64,000 nucleotides of DNA from positions 10,498,766 through 10,562,765 of the forward strand of contig CM119270.1 of the NCBI GenBank assembly GCA_051294375.1, in the 5' to 3' direction. The notes under the pieces are model-generated. The model searched no databases, had not been told where the DNA came from, and saw only the letters and a list, made by a program, of their open reading frames with translations. Both the position numbers and the translations under genes were made by a program. The stretch is from Paraspadella gotoi (lineage: Eukaryota > Animalia > Chaetognatha). Below, one piece after another: positions 63,918-64,000 of this stretch (its first letter is position 1; each line of letters begins with the position of its first letter).

Positions 63918-64000
63918 AATATAGCCTATTGCATAATTGTTTATAAAATAATTTTTTTTACAAATTAGTATTCACTGGTGGAATGTCATTATAATTGAAT

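Overview
AT-rich, intron-containing eukaryotic (probably invertebrate) genomic scaffold with many (GA)n/(GAC)n microsatellites, N gaps and error-prone, gap-fill-like segments. Almost all ORFs in the supplied track are low-complexity artefacts. Reading splice sites by hand gives two credible spliced genes on the + strand. The first is the 3' part of a Cys-rich, probably membrane-anchored protein (exons 260-304, 3131-3259, 3459-3680, 3907-3982, 4137-4407; all phases compatible; two copies of an 8-Cys module). The second is the 5' part of a secreted proprotein (signal-peptide exon 54980-55061, duplicated at 59439; exon 59755-59875; exon from 62831 with an RVRR furin-type site). Between them lie about 50 kb with no recognisable coding sequence but many CpG/GAGA islands carrying E-box, CCAAT, nuclear-receptor and POU-like motif clusters. 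Mobile DNA includes short TG..CA solo-LTR-like elements with 4-bp TSDs that carry an internal tRNA-like Pol III cassette (Helenus/Cassandra-like), Helentron/DINE-like elements, MITEs, a hAT element nested in a solo LTR, and a ~320-bp dispersed/tandem element with terminal direct repeats. The ~4.4-kb inverted and ~4.4-kb tandem duplications abut 25-N gaps and are probably assembly artefacts.
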